Source: Acetobacteraceae bacterium (GTDB taxonomy: Bacteria; Pseudomonadota; Alphaproteobacteria; Acetobacterales; Acetobacteraceae). Taken from it: a stretch of DNA of 38,670 nucleotides. The stretch covers positions 1 through 38,670 of the forward strand of contig CANFIE010000001.1 in NCBI GenBank assembly GCA_947446625.1, in the 5' to 3' direction. The position numbers were made by a program, and so were the translations under genes. The notes below the pieces were generated by a model that worked only from the letters and a program-made list of their open reading frames with translations, searched no databases and had not been told where the DNA came from. Numbering within the stretch: the stretch's first letter is position 1; each line of letters starts with the position of its first letter. Below, one piece after another: positions 16,547 to 25,199 of the stretch.

Positions 16547-17497
16547 CTACTCGGGCTTCATTCCGGCGGCATCGGCCAGCCCGGTCATCAGGCTACGTTG
16601 TTCCGCCACGAAGCGGCCAAAGGCCTCGCCCTCCAGCAGCGCCGGCTCGGCGCCCACATCCGCCAGCCGGGCAATAACCTCGGGCTGGGCCAGGGCATGG
16701 CGCAGCGCTGCATGCAGGCGCCCCAGCACTGCCGCAGGGGTACGGGCCGGGGCATACAGAGCAATCCATTCCGTCAGCGCGAAGCCGGGCAGGGCTTCCG
16801 CCACGCTCGGCACCTGCGGCAGCACCGCCATGCGCCGTTCCGAGGACACCGCCATGGCGCGCAGCCGCCCACCCTGCACCAGCCCCACGGCGCTGGGTGT
16901 GGTGGCGAAGTTCAGCAGGGTTTCCCCGGTCACCACCGCCATGGCGCCGGTGCTGCCACCCCGGTAGGCCACCGCCTCTCCGCGAATGCCGATGCGTTGC
17001 AGGAAATACAGCCCGGCGAAGTGCGAGGCACTGCCCACCCCGGCCACAGCATAATGCAGCGGCACCGGCTGGCGGCCCAGCGCGGCAATGTAGTCGGCCA
17101 GCGTCTCGGCGCGCTCGGTCGGCGGCACCACCAGCAGCAGCGGCATCACGCTCAGCCGCGCCACCGGCTCGAAATCGGCCAGGTAGTCGAAGGCCAGATG
17201 CGGGTGCAGCTTGTGCCGCACCACAAAGGCCGAGGCATCGGCCATCAGCGTGTAGCCATCCGGCGCGGCCTGGGCCACCACCTGGCCACCATGGGTGCCA
17301 CCACCGCCTGAGCGGTTTTCAATCAACACCTGCTGGCCCAGAACCTGGGCCATGGGCGCTGCCATCAGCCGGGCGGTGGTATCGGCGCCACCACCCGGGC
17401 CAAACACCACAATCAGGCGGATGGGTCGGTCGGGGAATGGCTGTGCCTGGGCGCCGGCCGAGGCAAACAGCAGAAGGAGAAGCAGCGCGCGCAGCAT
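16547..17497 (-). CDS. Tripartite tricarboxylate transporter substrate-binding protein (Bug/TctC family)
   Basis: ORF 16547..17533; start at the ATG at 17497. MLRALLLLLLFASAGAQAQPFPDRPIRLIVVFGPGGGADTTARL is the hallmark Bug-family N-terminus. Confidence 0.85.
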   Translation of the reverse strand: MLRALLLLLLFASAGAQAQPFPDRPIRLIVVFGPGGGADTTARLMAAPMAQVLGQQVLIENRSGGGGTHGGQVVAQAAPDGYTLMADASAFVVRHKLHPHLAFDYLADFEPVARLSVMPLLLVVPPTERAETLADYIAALGRQPVPLHYAVAGVGSASHFAGLYFLQRIGIRGEAVAYRGGSTGAMAVVTGETLLNFATTPSAVGLVQGGRLRAMAVSSERRMAVLPQVPSVAEALPGFALTEWIALYAPARTPAAVLGRLHAALRHALAQPEVIARLADVGAEPALLEGEAFGRFVAEQRSLMTGLADAAGMKPE

Positions 17498-17498
17498 T

Positions 17499-18647
17499 TT
17501 ACTTGTCCGCCAGCCAGGCGCGGATTTCGGCATTGTGCTCGCCCAGGTCCGGCGCGCGGCGACGTACCGTGGCGGGGGTTCCAGCCAGGCGCACCGGCGG
17601 GCGCAGCGCCTTCAGCGTGCCGCGCTCGGGGTCCTCGAATTCCAGCACCATCTGCCGCGCCTGGGCCTGCGGATGCCCCAGGGCTTCGTCGTAGGACAGC
17701 ACCGGCTCGCTCGGAATGCCGGCCTTGCCCATTGCGTCCAGCCAGTGCTGCGTATCGCCCTTCACCAACTCGGCCTGGATCAACGGAATCAGCACAGCGT
17801 TATTCGCCACACGCTGGGCGTTGCTGGCAAAGCGCGGGTCGTCGCGCAGCTCCGGCCGGCCAATGATGCCGCAGAGTGCCTGGAAGAACTTCTCCTTGCT
17901 CGCCCCCAGCGTCAGCCAGCCATCGCGGGTCTTGAACACGCGATAGGGCGCGCTGCCACGATGCAACTGGCCCATGCGCGCCGGCTTGGTGCCATGCGTC
18001 AGCACATGCGCGGCCTCATACACGCCCAGCGAAATGCCAGCCTCCAGCAGAGATTGGTCGATATGCTGGCCTTCCCCGGTGCGGTGCCGGGCCTGCAGCG
18101 CGCCCAGCACGGCAATGGCGCTGTACATGCCGGCGGTGACATCGGTGATGGCAATGGGCAGGCGGTAGGGTTCGCCATCGGGCGGACCATTGCCGGCCAT
18201 CAGGCCCGACATGCCCTGGGCCATCATGTCCAGCCCACCATGCCCGGCCCAAGGGCCGGTCTGGCCGAAGCCGGAAATGGAGCAATAGATCAGCCGCGGG
18301 TTTTCCGCCCGCAGCACATCATAGCCCAGCCCCAGTTTTGCCAGGGTGCCGGGGCGGAAATTCTCCACCAGCACATCGGCGCGGGCGGCAAGCTGGCGCA
18401 CCATGGCCACGTCATCCGGGTTCTTCAGGTCGGCGGTGATGCTGCGCTTGTTGCGGTTCCACACGCTGAACGGCGCGCCGCGCCCCTCCACGAAGGGCGG
18501 CATGCGGCGCGCATCGTCGCCGCCATCCGGGCGCTCCACCTTGATGACATCGGCGCCCATGTCGCCCAGCAGCATCGTGCAGTAGGGGCCGGAGAGAAAA
18601 TTGGTCAGGTCCAGTACCAGCAGGCCATCAAGCGCACCACTCATCAT
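17499..18647 (-). CDS. Family III CoA-transferase (CaiB/BaiF), paralog of 11459..12631
   Basis: ORF 17499..18701; ATG at 18647 is preceded by GGAGGAG. LLVLDLTNFLSGPYCTMLLGDMGADVIKVE, GLDMMAQGMSGLMAGNG. The stop is 1 nt from the TctC start, indicating an operon. Confidence 0.85.
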   Translation of the reverse strand: MMSGALDGLLVLDLTNFLSGPYCTMLLGDMGADVIKVERPDGGDDARRMPPFVEGRGAPFSVWNRNKRSITADLKNPDDVAMVRQLAARADVLVENFRPGTLAKLGLGYDVLRAENPRLIYCSISGFGQTGPWAGHGGLDMMAQGMSGLMAGNGPPDGEPYRLPIAITDVTAGMYSAIAVLGALQARHRTGEGQHIDQSLLEAGISLGVYEAAHVLTHGTKPARMGQLHRGSAPYRVFKTRDGWLTLGASKEKFFQALCGIIGRPELRDDPRFASNAQRVANNAVLIPLIQAELVKGDTQHWLDAMGKAGIPSEPVLSYDEALGHPQAQARQMVLEFEDPERGTLKALRPPVRLAGTPATVRRRAPDLGEHNAEIRAWLADK

Positions 18648-18718
18648 CGTCTCCTCCGCGTTTTCAGGGCGGAGTAGAACGCGGCCGGCGCAGGCTGGCA
18701 ATCAGCCCAGCCTCGGCG

Positions 18719-19237
18719 TCAGTAGGGCCGCTCGCCCATCACATTGCCGGGCGGACCATAGTGGCAAACCAGCACATCCTGCCCCCGCCCCCGGGCAAAG
18801 CCGCAGCCCAGGGTGGTGGTGCCACGCCAAACCATTTGGCTGTAATGCCCCACATCCACCCAGTTGCCGGTGGAGGAAACCGCCGGGAAGGTGCCGTTGA
18901 CGAAGTGCCGGCGCTCATTGCCCCACAGGTCAACCAGCTGGGTCAGCGAGTAGGCCCCGGCCGTGCCCATCGCCAGGTTCTCGCCGGAACCGCTGTGCTG
19001 CATCCGGCCCAGCCCGGCCAGGTGAACCGCCCAGCGTTGCGCCGCCTCGGCCAGCGGGGCAGACCAGCGCAGCGGCGGCAAGGCCAGGGCGGTGCGATAG
19101 CGGTTATGCGCCGCCAGCAATTCCTGCGCGGCGCGAGGCTCCGGCGTCGCGGCAGCCGGCTGGTTGAGCAGCCCCAGCGCCAGCAGCGCCAGCGCCCCGA
19201 TTTTGGCCATTCGCGGCATCATTCCTGCAATCTCCAC
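18719..19237 (-). CDS. CAP/SCP/PR-1-like secreted protein
   Basis: 172-aa ORF with a GTG at 19237. Probable real start is at an internal ATG (19222/19219/19210), giving signal peptide MAKIGALALLALGLL. AHNRYRTALALPPLRWS, GHYSQMVWRGTTTLGCG, VCHYGPPGN. Confidence 0.75.
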   Translation of the reverse strand: MEIAGMMPRMAKIGALALLALGLLNQPAAATPEPRAAQELLAAHNRYRTALALPPLRWSAPLAEAAQRWAVHLAGLGRMQHSGSGENLAMGTAGAYSLTQLVDLWGNERRHFVNGTFPAVSSTGNWVDVGHYSQMVWRGTTTLGCGFARGRGQDVLVCHYGPPGNVMGERPY

Positions 19238-19308
19238 CCAGCGGTTTCACGCGGGCCGGGCAGGGCGTCGTACCAGGGCTTCCTGGCAAACAGATGGCAG
19301 CGCCGCGT

Positions 19309-19689
19309 TCAGCCCTGCGGCACCATGCGGCCCAGGCGACGCCCACCGAAGACATGCACATGGAAGTGCGGCACTTCCTGGCCACCTTCGTCGCCCATAT
19401 TGGTCAGCAGGCGGTAGCCGCGCGGCTCCAGCCCCTCGGCCTTGGCCACCTGGCCCACCAGCCGCCAGAAGCCGGCAATCTCCGCGTCGGAAGCCTCGGT
19501 GTGGAAATCGGCGGCGCTGACGAAGCGACCCTTCGGCACCACCAGCACATGCACCGGAGCCTGCGGGTTGATGTCCCGGAAGGCCAGCGCATGCTCGCTT
19601 TCCGCCACCTTCTGGCACGGGATTTCCCCGCGCAGGATGCGGGCAAAAATATTGGCGTCGTCATAGGGCGGCAGGCCGGAAACGGACAT
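19309..19689 (-). CDS. HIT (histidine triad) family protein
   Basis: 126 aa. IFARILRGEIPCQKV ... AFRDINPQAPVHVLVVPK ... histidine triad VPHFHVHVFGG. Confidence 0.9.
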   Translation of the reverse strand: MSVSGLPPYDDANIFARILRGEIPCQKVAESEHALAFRDINPQAPVHVLVVPKGRFVSAADFHTEASDAEIAGFWRLVGQVAKAEGLEPRGYRLLTNMGDEGGQEVPHFHVHVFGGRRLGRMVPQG

Positions 19690-19703
19690 GCGGGGGCTCT
19701 CCC

Positions 19704-20237
19704 TCAGGGCAGCTTGGTGGTCTTGGCCGCGCGAATGATGCCCTTGGGCCGCGCCGCCTTTTCAGCAATGCCGCTGATGCCTTCGCGGCGCTGCAACTCG
19801 GCCCATACCTCGGCGGGCTGGATGCCGGCATTCACCCACACCACAATCAGATGGTACAGCAGGTCGGCGCTTTCGCTCACCGTGCCTTCATGGTGGCCCA
19901 GCGTCGCCTCGATGACGCATTCCACCGCTTCCTCGCCCAACTTCTGCGTCACCTTGGCGGTACCGCGCGCCATCAGGCGGGCACTGTGCGAGCCTTCCAC
20001 ATCGCCAGCCACGCGCCGGCTTTCTACGGTTTGCCACAGCCGGTCCAGCACATCCGGCCCGGCGCCCACGGTGCTGATCTCCAGCGGCCGCAGCACCCGG
20101 GCCTCGGCCAGGGCCAGGGCGCGGGGTACGCGCTTGGTGGCCTTGGGCTTGGCCTTCAGCACGGCCTTCACCTTGGCCTTGGGCTTGGCTTTAGTCTTCG
20201 CCTTGGCTTTCGCCTTGGGCTTGGTGTCCTTGGCCAT
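19704..20237 (-). CDS. hisE: Phosphoribosyl-ATP pyrophosphatase HisE with a Lys/Ala/Pro-rich N-terminal extension
   Basis: 177 aa. The C-terminal ~110 aa ([12 protein letters not shown]...[28 protein letters not shown]...[13 protein letters not shown]) form the HisE domain. The N-terminus is [35 protein letters not shown]. The ATG is 4 nt after the hisF stop. Confidence 0.75.
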   Translation of the reverse strand: MAKDTKPKAKAKAKTKAKPKAKVKAVLKAKPKATKRVPRALALAEARVLRPLEISTVGAGPDVLDRLWQTVESRRVAGDVEGSHSARLMARGTAKVTQKLGEEAVECVIEATLGHHEGTVSESADLLYHLIVVWVNAGIQPAEVWAELQRREGISGIAEKAARPKGIIRAAKTTKLP

Positions 20238-20241
20238 GGTG

Positions 20242-21021
20242 TCAGGCGGCCTTCAAGGCTGGGGGTAGGGGGCGCACCGGCAGGCCGGCAGCGGCCAGCG
20301 CCGCCTTGGCATCGCCAATGGAGAATTGCCCATAATGAAACACGCTGGCGGCCAGCAGGCCGGTGGCACCAACCTTGGCGCCTTCCACAAAGTGCTCCAC
20401 GCTGCCAACGCCGCCCGATGCCACCAGCGGCAGCCGAATGGCGGCGCGGACGGCGCGCAGCATGTCCAGGTCAAAGCCGGCCTTGGTGCCGTCGCGGTCC
20501 ATGCTGGTCAGCAGAATCTCGCCGGCGCCCAGGCTTTCCATGCGGGCGGCCCAGGCCACGGCGTCTATGCCGGTGGGGTTGCGGCCACCATGGGTGAAGA
20601 TTTCCCACCGCCCCTCGGCCACCTTGCGGGCGTCAATCGCCACCACAATGGCCTGGCTGCCAAAGGCCTCGGCGGCGCGGCGCACCAAATCGGGGTCGGT
20701 CACCGCCGCGCTATTGATGCTGGCCTTGTCGGCACCAGCCAGCAGCAGGCGGCGCACATCCTCAACGCTGCGGACGCCGCCGCCAACGGTGAGGGGAATG
20801 AACACCTCGGCGGCGGTGCGACTTACCACGTCATACATGGTGGCGCGGTTTTCATGCGTGGCGCCGATATCAAGAAAGGTGATCTCGTCGGCACCTTCGC
20901 GGTCATAAGCGCGGGCCTGCTCCACCGGATCGCCGGCGTCGCGCAGGGCCACGAAGTTCACGCCCTTGACGACGCGACCTTCCTTTACATCCAGGCAGGG
21001 AATGACACGCAGGGCGAGCAC
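20242..21021 (-). CDS. hisF: Imidazole glycerol phosphate synthase cyclase subunit HisF
   Basis: ORF 20242..21087. The conserved core starts at (V)[22 protein letters not shown]. The GTG at 21021 gives about 259 aa; the ATG at 21087 is an alternative. Confidence 0.9.
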   Translation of the reverse strand: MLALRVIPCLDVKEGRVVKGVNFVALRDAGDPVEQARAYDREGADEITFLDIGATHENRATMYDVVSRTAAEVFIPLTVGGGVRSVEDVRRLLLAGADKASINSAAVTDPDLVRRAAEAFGSQAIVVAIDARKVAEGRWEIFTHGGRNPTGIDAVAWAARMESLGAGEILLTSMDRDGTKAGFDLDMLRAVRAAIRLPLVASGGVGSVEHFVEGAKVGATGLLAASVFHYGQFSIGDAKAALAAAGLPVRPLPPALKAA

Positions 21022-21110
21022 TGGATCACCTGATGATTTGTCGGTTGGGCACGGTGCCACACCATGCGGCCCGTGCCATGCAGACAAACCCCCCCGCGGT
21101 CAAGCACCCA

Positions 21111-21524
21111 TCAGGCCGCGCCGCGCTTGGCGTCCAGGCTGAAGGGACCAGCGCCAGCCACGGTGAGGTAGAGGAAGACGAAGCTGTACAGCGCCGCCAA
21201 CTCGCCACCGTTCAAAATCGGGTAGAAGCCGCGCGGGTAGTGCGCCATGAAATAGGCCACGGCGGTGAAGCCCGAGGCAAGGAAGGCGGCCGGGCGGGAG
21301 AACAGGCCCAGCACCAACAGCACGCCACAGGCCAACTCGATCACGCCACTGAACCACAGCAGGTTGCCAAACTGCACCCCGGCTGCACGCGGGCCAGGGA
21401 AGTTGAACATCTTGACGCAGCCATGCTGCAACAGCAGCAGGCCGGACATGAAGCGCAACAGGCTGAGCAGCCGGGGCTGCCAGGCGGCAAGGGTGGCATT
21501 CATGGTGAAGCTCTCCGTTTTCAT
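21111..21524 (-). CDS. DoxX family membrane protein
   Basis: 137 aa (alternative start 21503). LLSLLRFMSGLLLLQHGCVKMF, four hydrophobic segments, GGELAALYSFVFLYL. Lies between hisA and hisF. Confidence 0.7.
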   Translation of the reverse strand: MKTESFTMNATLAAWQPRLLSLLRFMSGLLLLQHGCVKMFNFPGPRAAGVQFGNLLWFSGVIELACGVLLVLGLFSRPAAFLASGFTAVAYFMAHYPRGFYPILNGGELAALYSFVFLYLTVAGAGPFSLDAKRGAA

Positions 21525-21564
21525 GGGCCGGGCTGGTGCCCGGCGCGAAACGAAGGCTTAGCGG

Positions 21565-22299
21565 TTATCCCCGCGCCAAGGCCAGCGCTTCGGCGGGATT
21601 CACCCTACCGTCATACAGCGCCCGGCCGATGATCACGCCCTCAATGCCTTCGCTGGCCAGCGGCGCCAGCGCGGCCACATCGGCAATGGAGGCAACGCCG
21701 CCCGAGGCGATGACCGGCAGCGAGACCGCCTTGGCCAAGGCCAGCGTGGCATCCACATTCACCCCGCCCAGCATGCCGTCGCGGTCAATATCGGTGTAGA
21801 TGATGGCGGCAGCACCAGCATCCTCGAAGCGACGGGCGAGATCCACGGCGCTGACATCCGAAACATCGGCCCAGCCCTCGGTCGCCACCATGCCGCCCTT
21901 GGCATCAATGCCCACCGCCACCCGGCCCGGAAAGGCGCGGCAGGCGGCGCGGGTAAAGGCCGGGTCCTTCAGCGCGGCCGAACCGAGGATGACGCGGGTA
22001 AGCCCCGCCCCCAGCCAGGCTTCCACCGTGGCCATGGTGCGGATGCCGCCACCCAACTGCACCTGCTGGCCCGGAATGGCCTTCAAAATGGCCTCCACCG
22101 CCAGCGCATTGGCCGGCTTGCCGGCAAAGGCGCCGTCCAGGTCCACCACATGCAGCCATTCAAACCCGGCCTGGCGCCAGGCCAGCGCCTGAGCGGCGGG
22201 ATCGGCGCCATACACGGTAGCTTGGTCCATCTCGCCACGCTTCAGCCGCACCACCTGGCCAGCCTTGAGGTCGATGGCGGGGTAAAGGGTCAGTGCCAT
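21565..22299 (-). CDS. hisA: ProFAR isomerase HisA
   Basis: 244 aa. [60 protein letters not shown]. Confidence 0.92.
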   Translation of the reverse strand: MALTLYPAIDLKAGQVVRLKRGEMDQATVYGADPAAQALAWRQAGFEWLHVVDLDGAFAGKPANALAVEAILKAIPGQQVQLGGGIRTMATVEAWLGAGLTRVILGSAALKDPAFTRAACRAFPGRVAVGIDAKGGMVATEGWADVSDVSAVDLARRFEDAGAAAIIYTDIDRDGMLGGVNVDATLALAKAVSLPVIASGGVASIADVAALAPLASEGIEGVIIGRALYDGRVNPAEALALARG

Positions 22300-22301
22300 G
22301 G

Positions 22302-22883
22302 CTACGCGCTTTCGCCCATCAACTTGTCGGTGCTGCGGCCCCGGCCTGGTTCCAGCAGCTTGAAGAAGTAATGCCCGGCCACGGTCTGCCCGGCCACGCG
22401 GGCATAGGCCGGGTGGGTGCCCCAGCGCTGATAGCCCATCACCTCAAACAGCGTGATGGCGGTGGATTGCGTGGCCCGCACGTCCAGGTTCAGCACCCGC
22501 AGCCCCTGGGCGGCGGCGCGCTCCTCCACCCGGGCCACCAGCAGCCGAGCCAGGCCATGGCCACGGGCATAGGGGGCAATGTAAGCGTGGGTCAGCTGGC
22601 CACCAAAGGCCTGGGCTTCATTGTTGCGCGGCGGTTTCACCAGTTGCGCGCTGCCCACCACAATGCCGTCCAGCCGGGCCAGGAACAGCTCGCGCTCCGG
22701 CACCAGCAGCACACCGCGGAAATGCCGTTCCAGCGCGGTGCGGCCCTGCGGCTCCACCCAGCCGAAGCCACCACTTTCAATAATCGCGGCGTCGGTCGCT
22801 TCGCACAGCTCGGCCATGTCGTGGTCGCTGATGGCGGTGACGAGTTCCACCGTCTGCACATGCGCCGGGGCGGTGCTGCTCAT
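22302..22883 (-). CDS. GNAT family N-acetyltransferase
   Basis: ORF 22302..22892. The ATG at 22883 overlaps the hisH stop as [39 protein letters not shown] is an acetyl-CoA binding motif A-like segment. Confidence 0.75.
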   Translation of the reverse strand: MSSTAPAHVQTVELVTAISDHDMAELCEATDAAIIESGGFGWVEPQGRTALERHFRGVLLVPERELFLARLDGIVVGSAQLVKPPRNNEAQAFGGQLTHAYIAPYARGHGLARLLVARVEERAAAQGLRVLNLDVRATQSTAITLFEVMGYQRWGTHPAYARVAGQTVAGHYFFKLLEPGRGRSTDKLMGESA

Positions 22884-23545
22884 GGGGTCCACCGCAGAAA
22901 ATTGGCCAGGATGCGCAGGCCCACGGTCTGGCTCTTTTCAACGTGGAATTGCGTACCGGCGATATTGCCCCGCGCCACCATGGCCACAACCGGGCCGGCA
23001 TAGTCGGTGGTGGCAATGGTCTCAGCCGGCAGGCCGCCAGCCAGGGCGTAGGAATGCACGAAGTAGCCGTATTCCCCGGGCGCAATGCCGGCCAGCAGCG
23101 GGTGGGCGCCCGCAGCGGGAAAGTCGAGGCTGTTCCAGCCCATTTGCGGCAGTGGCAGGGCGGTGCCATCGGCGCTGCGCGGGTCCATGGGCGCAATCTC
23201 GCCGCTGATCCAGCCCAGGCCAGGGGTTACGCCATGCTCCAGGCCCCGCTCGGCCATAATTTGCATGCCAACGCAAATGCCCAGCAGGGGCGTGCCGGCG
23301 GCCACGCGCTGATGCAGCGTGGCGACCATGCCGGGCAGCGCCAGCAACCCGCCCATGCAGGCGGCAAAGGCACCCTGCCCGGGCAGAATGATACGGTCGG
23401 CAGCGGCAACCTCGGCAGCGTCGCGCGTCACGCTGGCGGCAATGGCCATGCCGGTGCCCTCGGCGGCGCGGTCCAGCGCCCGCAGCACGCTGGCCAGGTT
23501 GCCCGAGCCGGGATCAACCACCGCAATGGTCATGGGCTTGCTCAT
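22880..23545 (-). CDS. hisH: Imidazole glycerol phosphate synthase glutaminase subunit HisH
   Basis: 221 aa. IAVVDPGSGNLASVLRAL, LPGQGAF, GICVGMQIM (catalytic Cys), FVHSY, GTQFHVEKS. Confidence 0.92.
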   Translation of the reverse strand: MSKPMTIAVVDPGSGNLASVLRALDRAAEGTGMAIAASVTRDAAEVAAADRIILPGQGAFAACMGGLLALPGMVATLHQRVAAGTPLLGICVGMQIMAERGLEHGVTPGLGWISGEIAPMDPRSADGTALPLPQMGWNSLDFPAAGAHPLLAGIAPGEYGYFVHSYALAGGLPAETIATTDYAGPVVAMVARGNIAGTQFHVEKSQTVGLRILANFLRWTP

Positions 23546-23877
23546 GCCGCGGCATCCACCAGGCGTTGCGTGGCGCTGGCCTCATCCGGCGCGGCCACCA
23601 GGCCGGCGGGGGTCCAGCCCTGCCGGGCCAAGGCCCAGCGGCGAATATCCTGCGCGTGAAAACCCAGCAGCAGCGCCAGCCCCAGGCTGGCCCAGGGCGA
23701 AGCAAGCGCCGCCAGCACCGTGGCCAAGGTCACGGCCAGCGCCGGCAGCCACAGATGCTGCGCCAAAAACCACAGCGGCCCGAATAGCGCCGCCGGCCAG
23801 CAAAACGCCTCCGGCAGCAGCAGCGGCGCCGCTTCAGGGTTGGCGGCGGGCGGGGTGTACACGGTGAAGACGCGCAT
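23542..23877 (-). CDS. DUF2628-like small membrane protein
   Basis: C-terminal 111 aa of ORF 23542..24243. [10 protein letters not shown]...[25 protein letters not shown] overlaps at both ends (hisB stop and hisH start). This position between hisB and hisH is recalled as common in alphaproteobacteria. Confidence 0.65.
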   Translation of the reverse strand: MRVFTVYTPPAANPEAAPLLLPEAFCWPAALFGPLWFLAQHLWLPALAVTLATVLAALASPWASLGLALLLGFHAQDIRRWALARQGWTPAGLVAAPDEASATQRLVDAAA

Positions 23878-24485
23878 CACGCCTCCAGCACGCCCTTGGT
23901 GGAGGGCACCGCCTCCGGGGCGCGGGGGTCGATCTCCAGCGCCATGCGCAGCGCCCGGGCCAGGGCCTTGAAGCAGGCCTCGGCAATATGGTGGGCGTTG
24001 GTGCCGGCCTTCAGCGTCACGTGCAGGGTCAGCCCGGCATTGAAGGCGAAGGCGCGGAAGAATTCCTCGAACAGCTCGGTATCCATCTCCCCCACCTTGT
24101 CGCGGGTGAAGGGCACCTGCCAGGCCAGGAAGGGCCGGCCGGAGATATCCAGCGCGGCTTCGGCCAGGGCTTCGTCCATGGGAATCACGGCACTGCCGTA
24201 GCGGCGGATGCCGCGCTTGTCGCCCAGCGCCTGCTTCAGGCACTGGCCGAGCACAATGCCCACATCCTCCGTGGTGTGGTGGAAGTCGATATGCAGGTCG
24301 CCCTTGGCGGCCACCGTCAGGTCCAGCATGGCGTGCTTGGCCAGGGCGGTGAGCATGTGGTCCAGGAAGCCGATGCCGGTCGCAAGGCTGCTGCGCCCGG
24401 TGCCATCAAGCACCATGGTTGCCTGGATATCGGTTTCGGCCGTGCTGCGGGAGACCGTGGCGCGGCGGGGGATGAGGGCCTGCAT
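23877..24485 (-). CDS. hisB: Imidazoleglycerol-phosphate dehydratase HisB
   Basis: ORF 23877..24608; ATG at 24485 gives 202 aa. [50 protein letters not shown]. Confidence 0.92.
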   Translation of the reverse strand: MQALIPRRATVSRSTAETDIQATMVLDGTGRSSLATGIGFLDHMLTALAKHAMLDLTVAAKGDLHIDFHHTTEDVGIVLGQCLKQALGDKRGIRRYGSAVIPMDEALAEAALDISGRPFLAWQVPFTRDKVGEMDTELFEEFFRAFAFNAGLTLHVTLKAGTNAHHIAEACFKALARALRMALEIDPRAPEAVPSTKGVLEA

Positions 24486-24527
24486 GGGCGGTGGAATACG
24501 CCCCTGGGCCGGGCTTCGCCACCCCCT

Positions 24528-24623
24528 GTTGCGGCTGGCCGCACCCGGCCAGTTTTGGCAGGCCGCACCCAACCCGTTGCGGCTGGCCGCACCAACCCGT
24601 TGCGGCAAGGCGCGGCATGCCCC
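24528..24623. repeat. Four tandem ~24-bp direct repeats in the hisB/hslV divergent intergenic region
   Basis: GTTGCGGCTGGCCGCACCCGGCCA / GTTTTGGCAGGCCGCACCCAACCC / GTTGCGGCTGGCCGCACCAACCC / GTTGCGGCAAGGCGCGGCATGCCCC. Units 1 and 3 share 18 identical nt. The array ends 12 nt before the hslV ATG. Confidence 0.8.
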
Positions 24624-24635
24624 ACATCAGGGGCC

Positions 24636-25199
24636 ATGAACACGACCTCTCATGATCCGCTCGGCTGGCACGGCACCACCATTCTGTGTGTGCGCAAAGG
24701 CAATCAGGTCTGCATGGCCGGAGACGGCCAGGTCTCGCTGGGCCAGACCGTGGTGAAGGGCAATGCCCGCAAAGTCCGCCGCATTGCCCAGGGCAAGGTG
24801 CTGTGCGGCTTCGCCGGCGCCACCGCCGACGCTTTTACGCTTTTAGAACGCCTGGAAACCAAGCTGGAACGCTTCCCCGACCAACTGGAGCGCGCCTGCG
24901 TGGAACTGGCCAAGGATTGGCGGACCGACCGCTACCTGCGCCGGCTGGAAGCCCTGCTGGCCGTGGCCGACCACAAGCGCAGCCTGCTGCTGACCGGCCA
25001 GGGCGATGTGCTGGAGCCCGAGGACGCCGTCATCGGCATCGGCAGCGGCGGCAATTACGCCCTGGCCGCCGCCCGCGCCCTGCTGCCGGTGGAAGGGCTT
25101 TCCGCCGAGGAAATCTGCCGCCGCGGCATGCAGATCGCGGCCGGTATCTGCGTCTACACCAACGGCAACGCCATCTTCGAAACCCTGGAAAGCGTCTGA
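24636..25199 (+). CDS. hslV: ATP-dependent protease subunit HslV
   Basis: In-frame ATG at 24636 in ORF 23988..25199. [50 protein letters not shown]. Confidence 0.93.
   Translation: MNTTSHDPLGWHGTTILCVRKGNQVCMAGDGQVSLGQTVVKGNARKVRRIAQGKVLCGFAGATADAFTLLERLETKLERFPDQLERACVELAKDWRTDRYLRRLEALLAVADHKRSLLLTGQGDVLEPEDAVIGIGSGGNYALAAARALLPVEGLSAEEICRRGMQIAAGICVYTNGNAIFETLESV

Noticed and set aside
24317-24643. 108-aa minus-strand ORF with repeated peptide [25 protein letters not shown]
   Set aside because: The peptide periodicity is just the translation of the ~24-bp tandem DNA repeats in the hisB/hslV intergenic region. There is no start context or coding bias.
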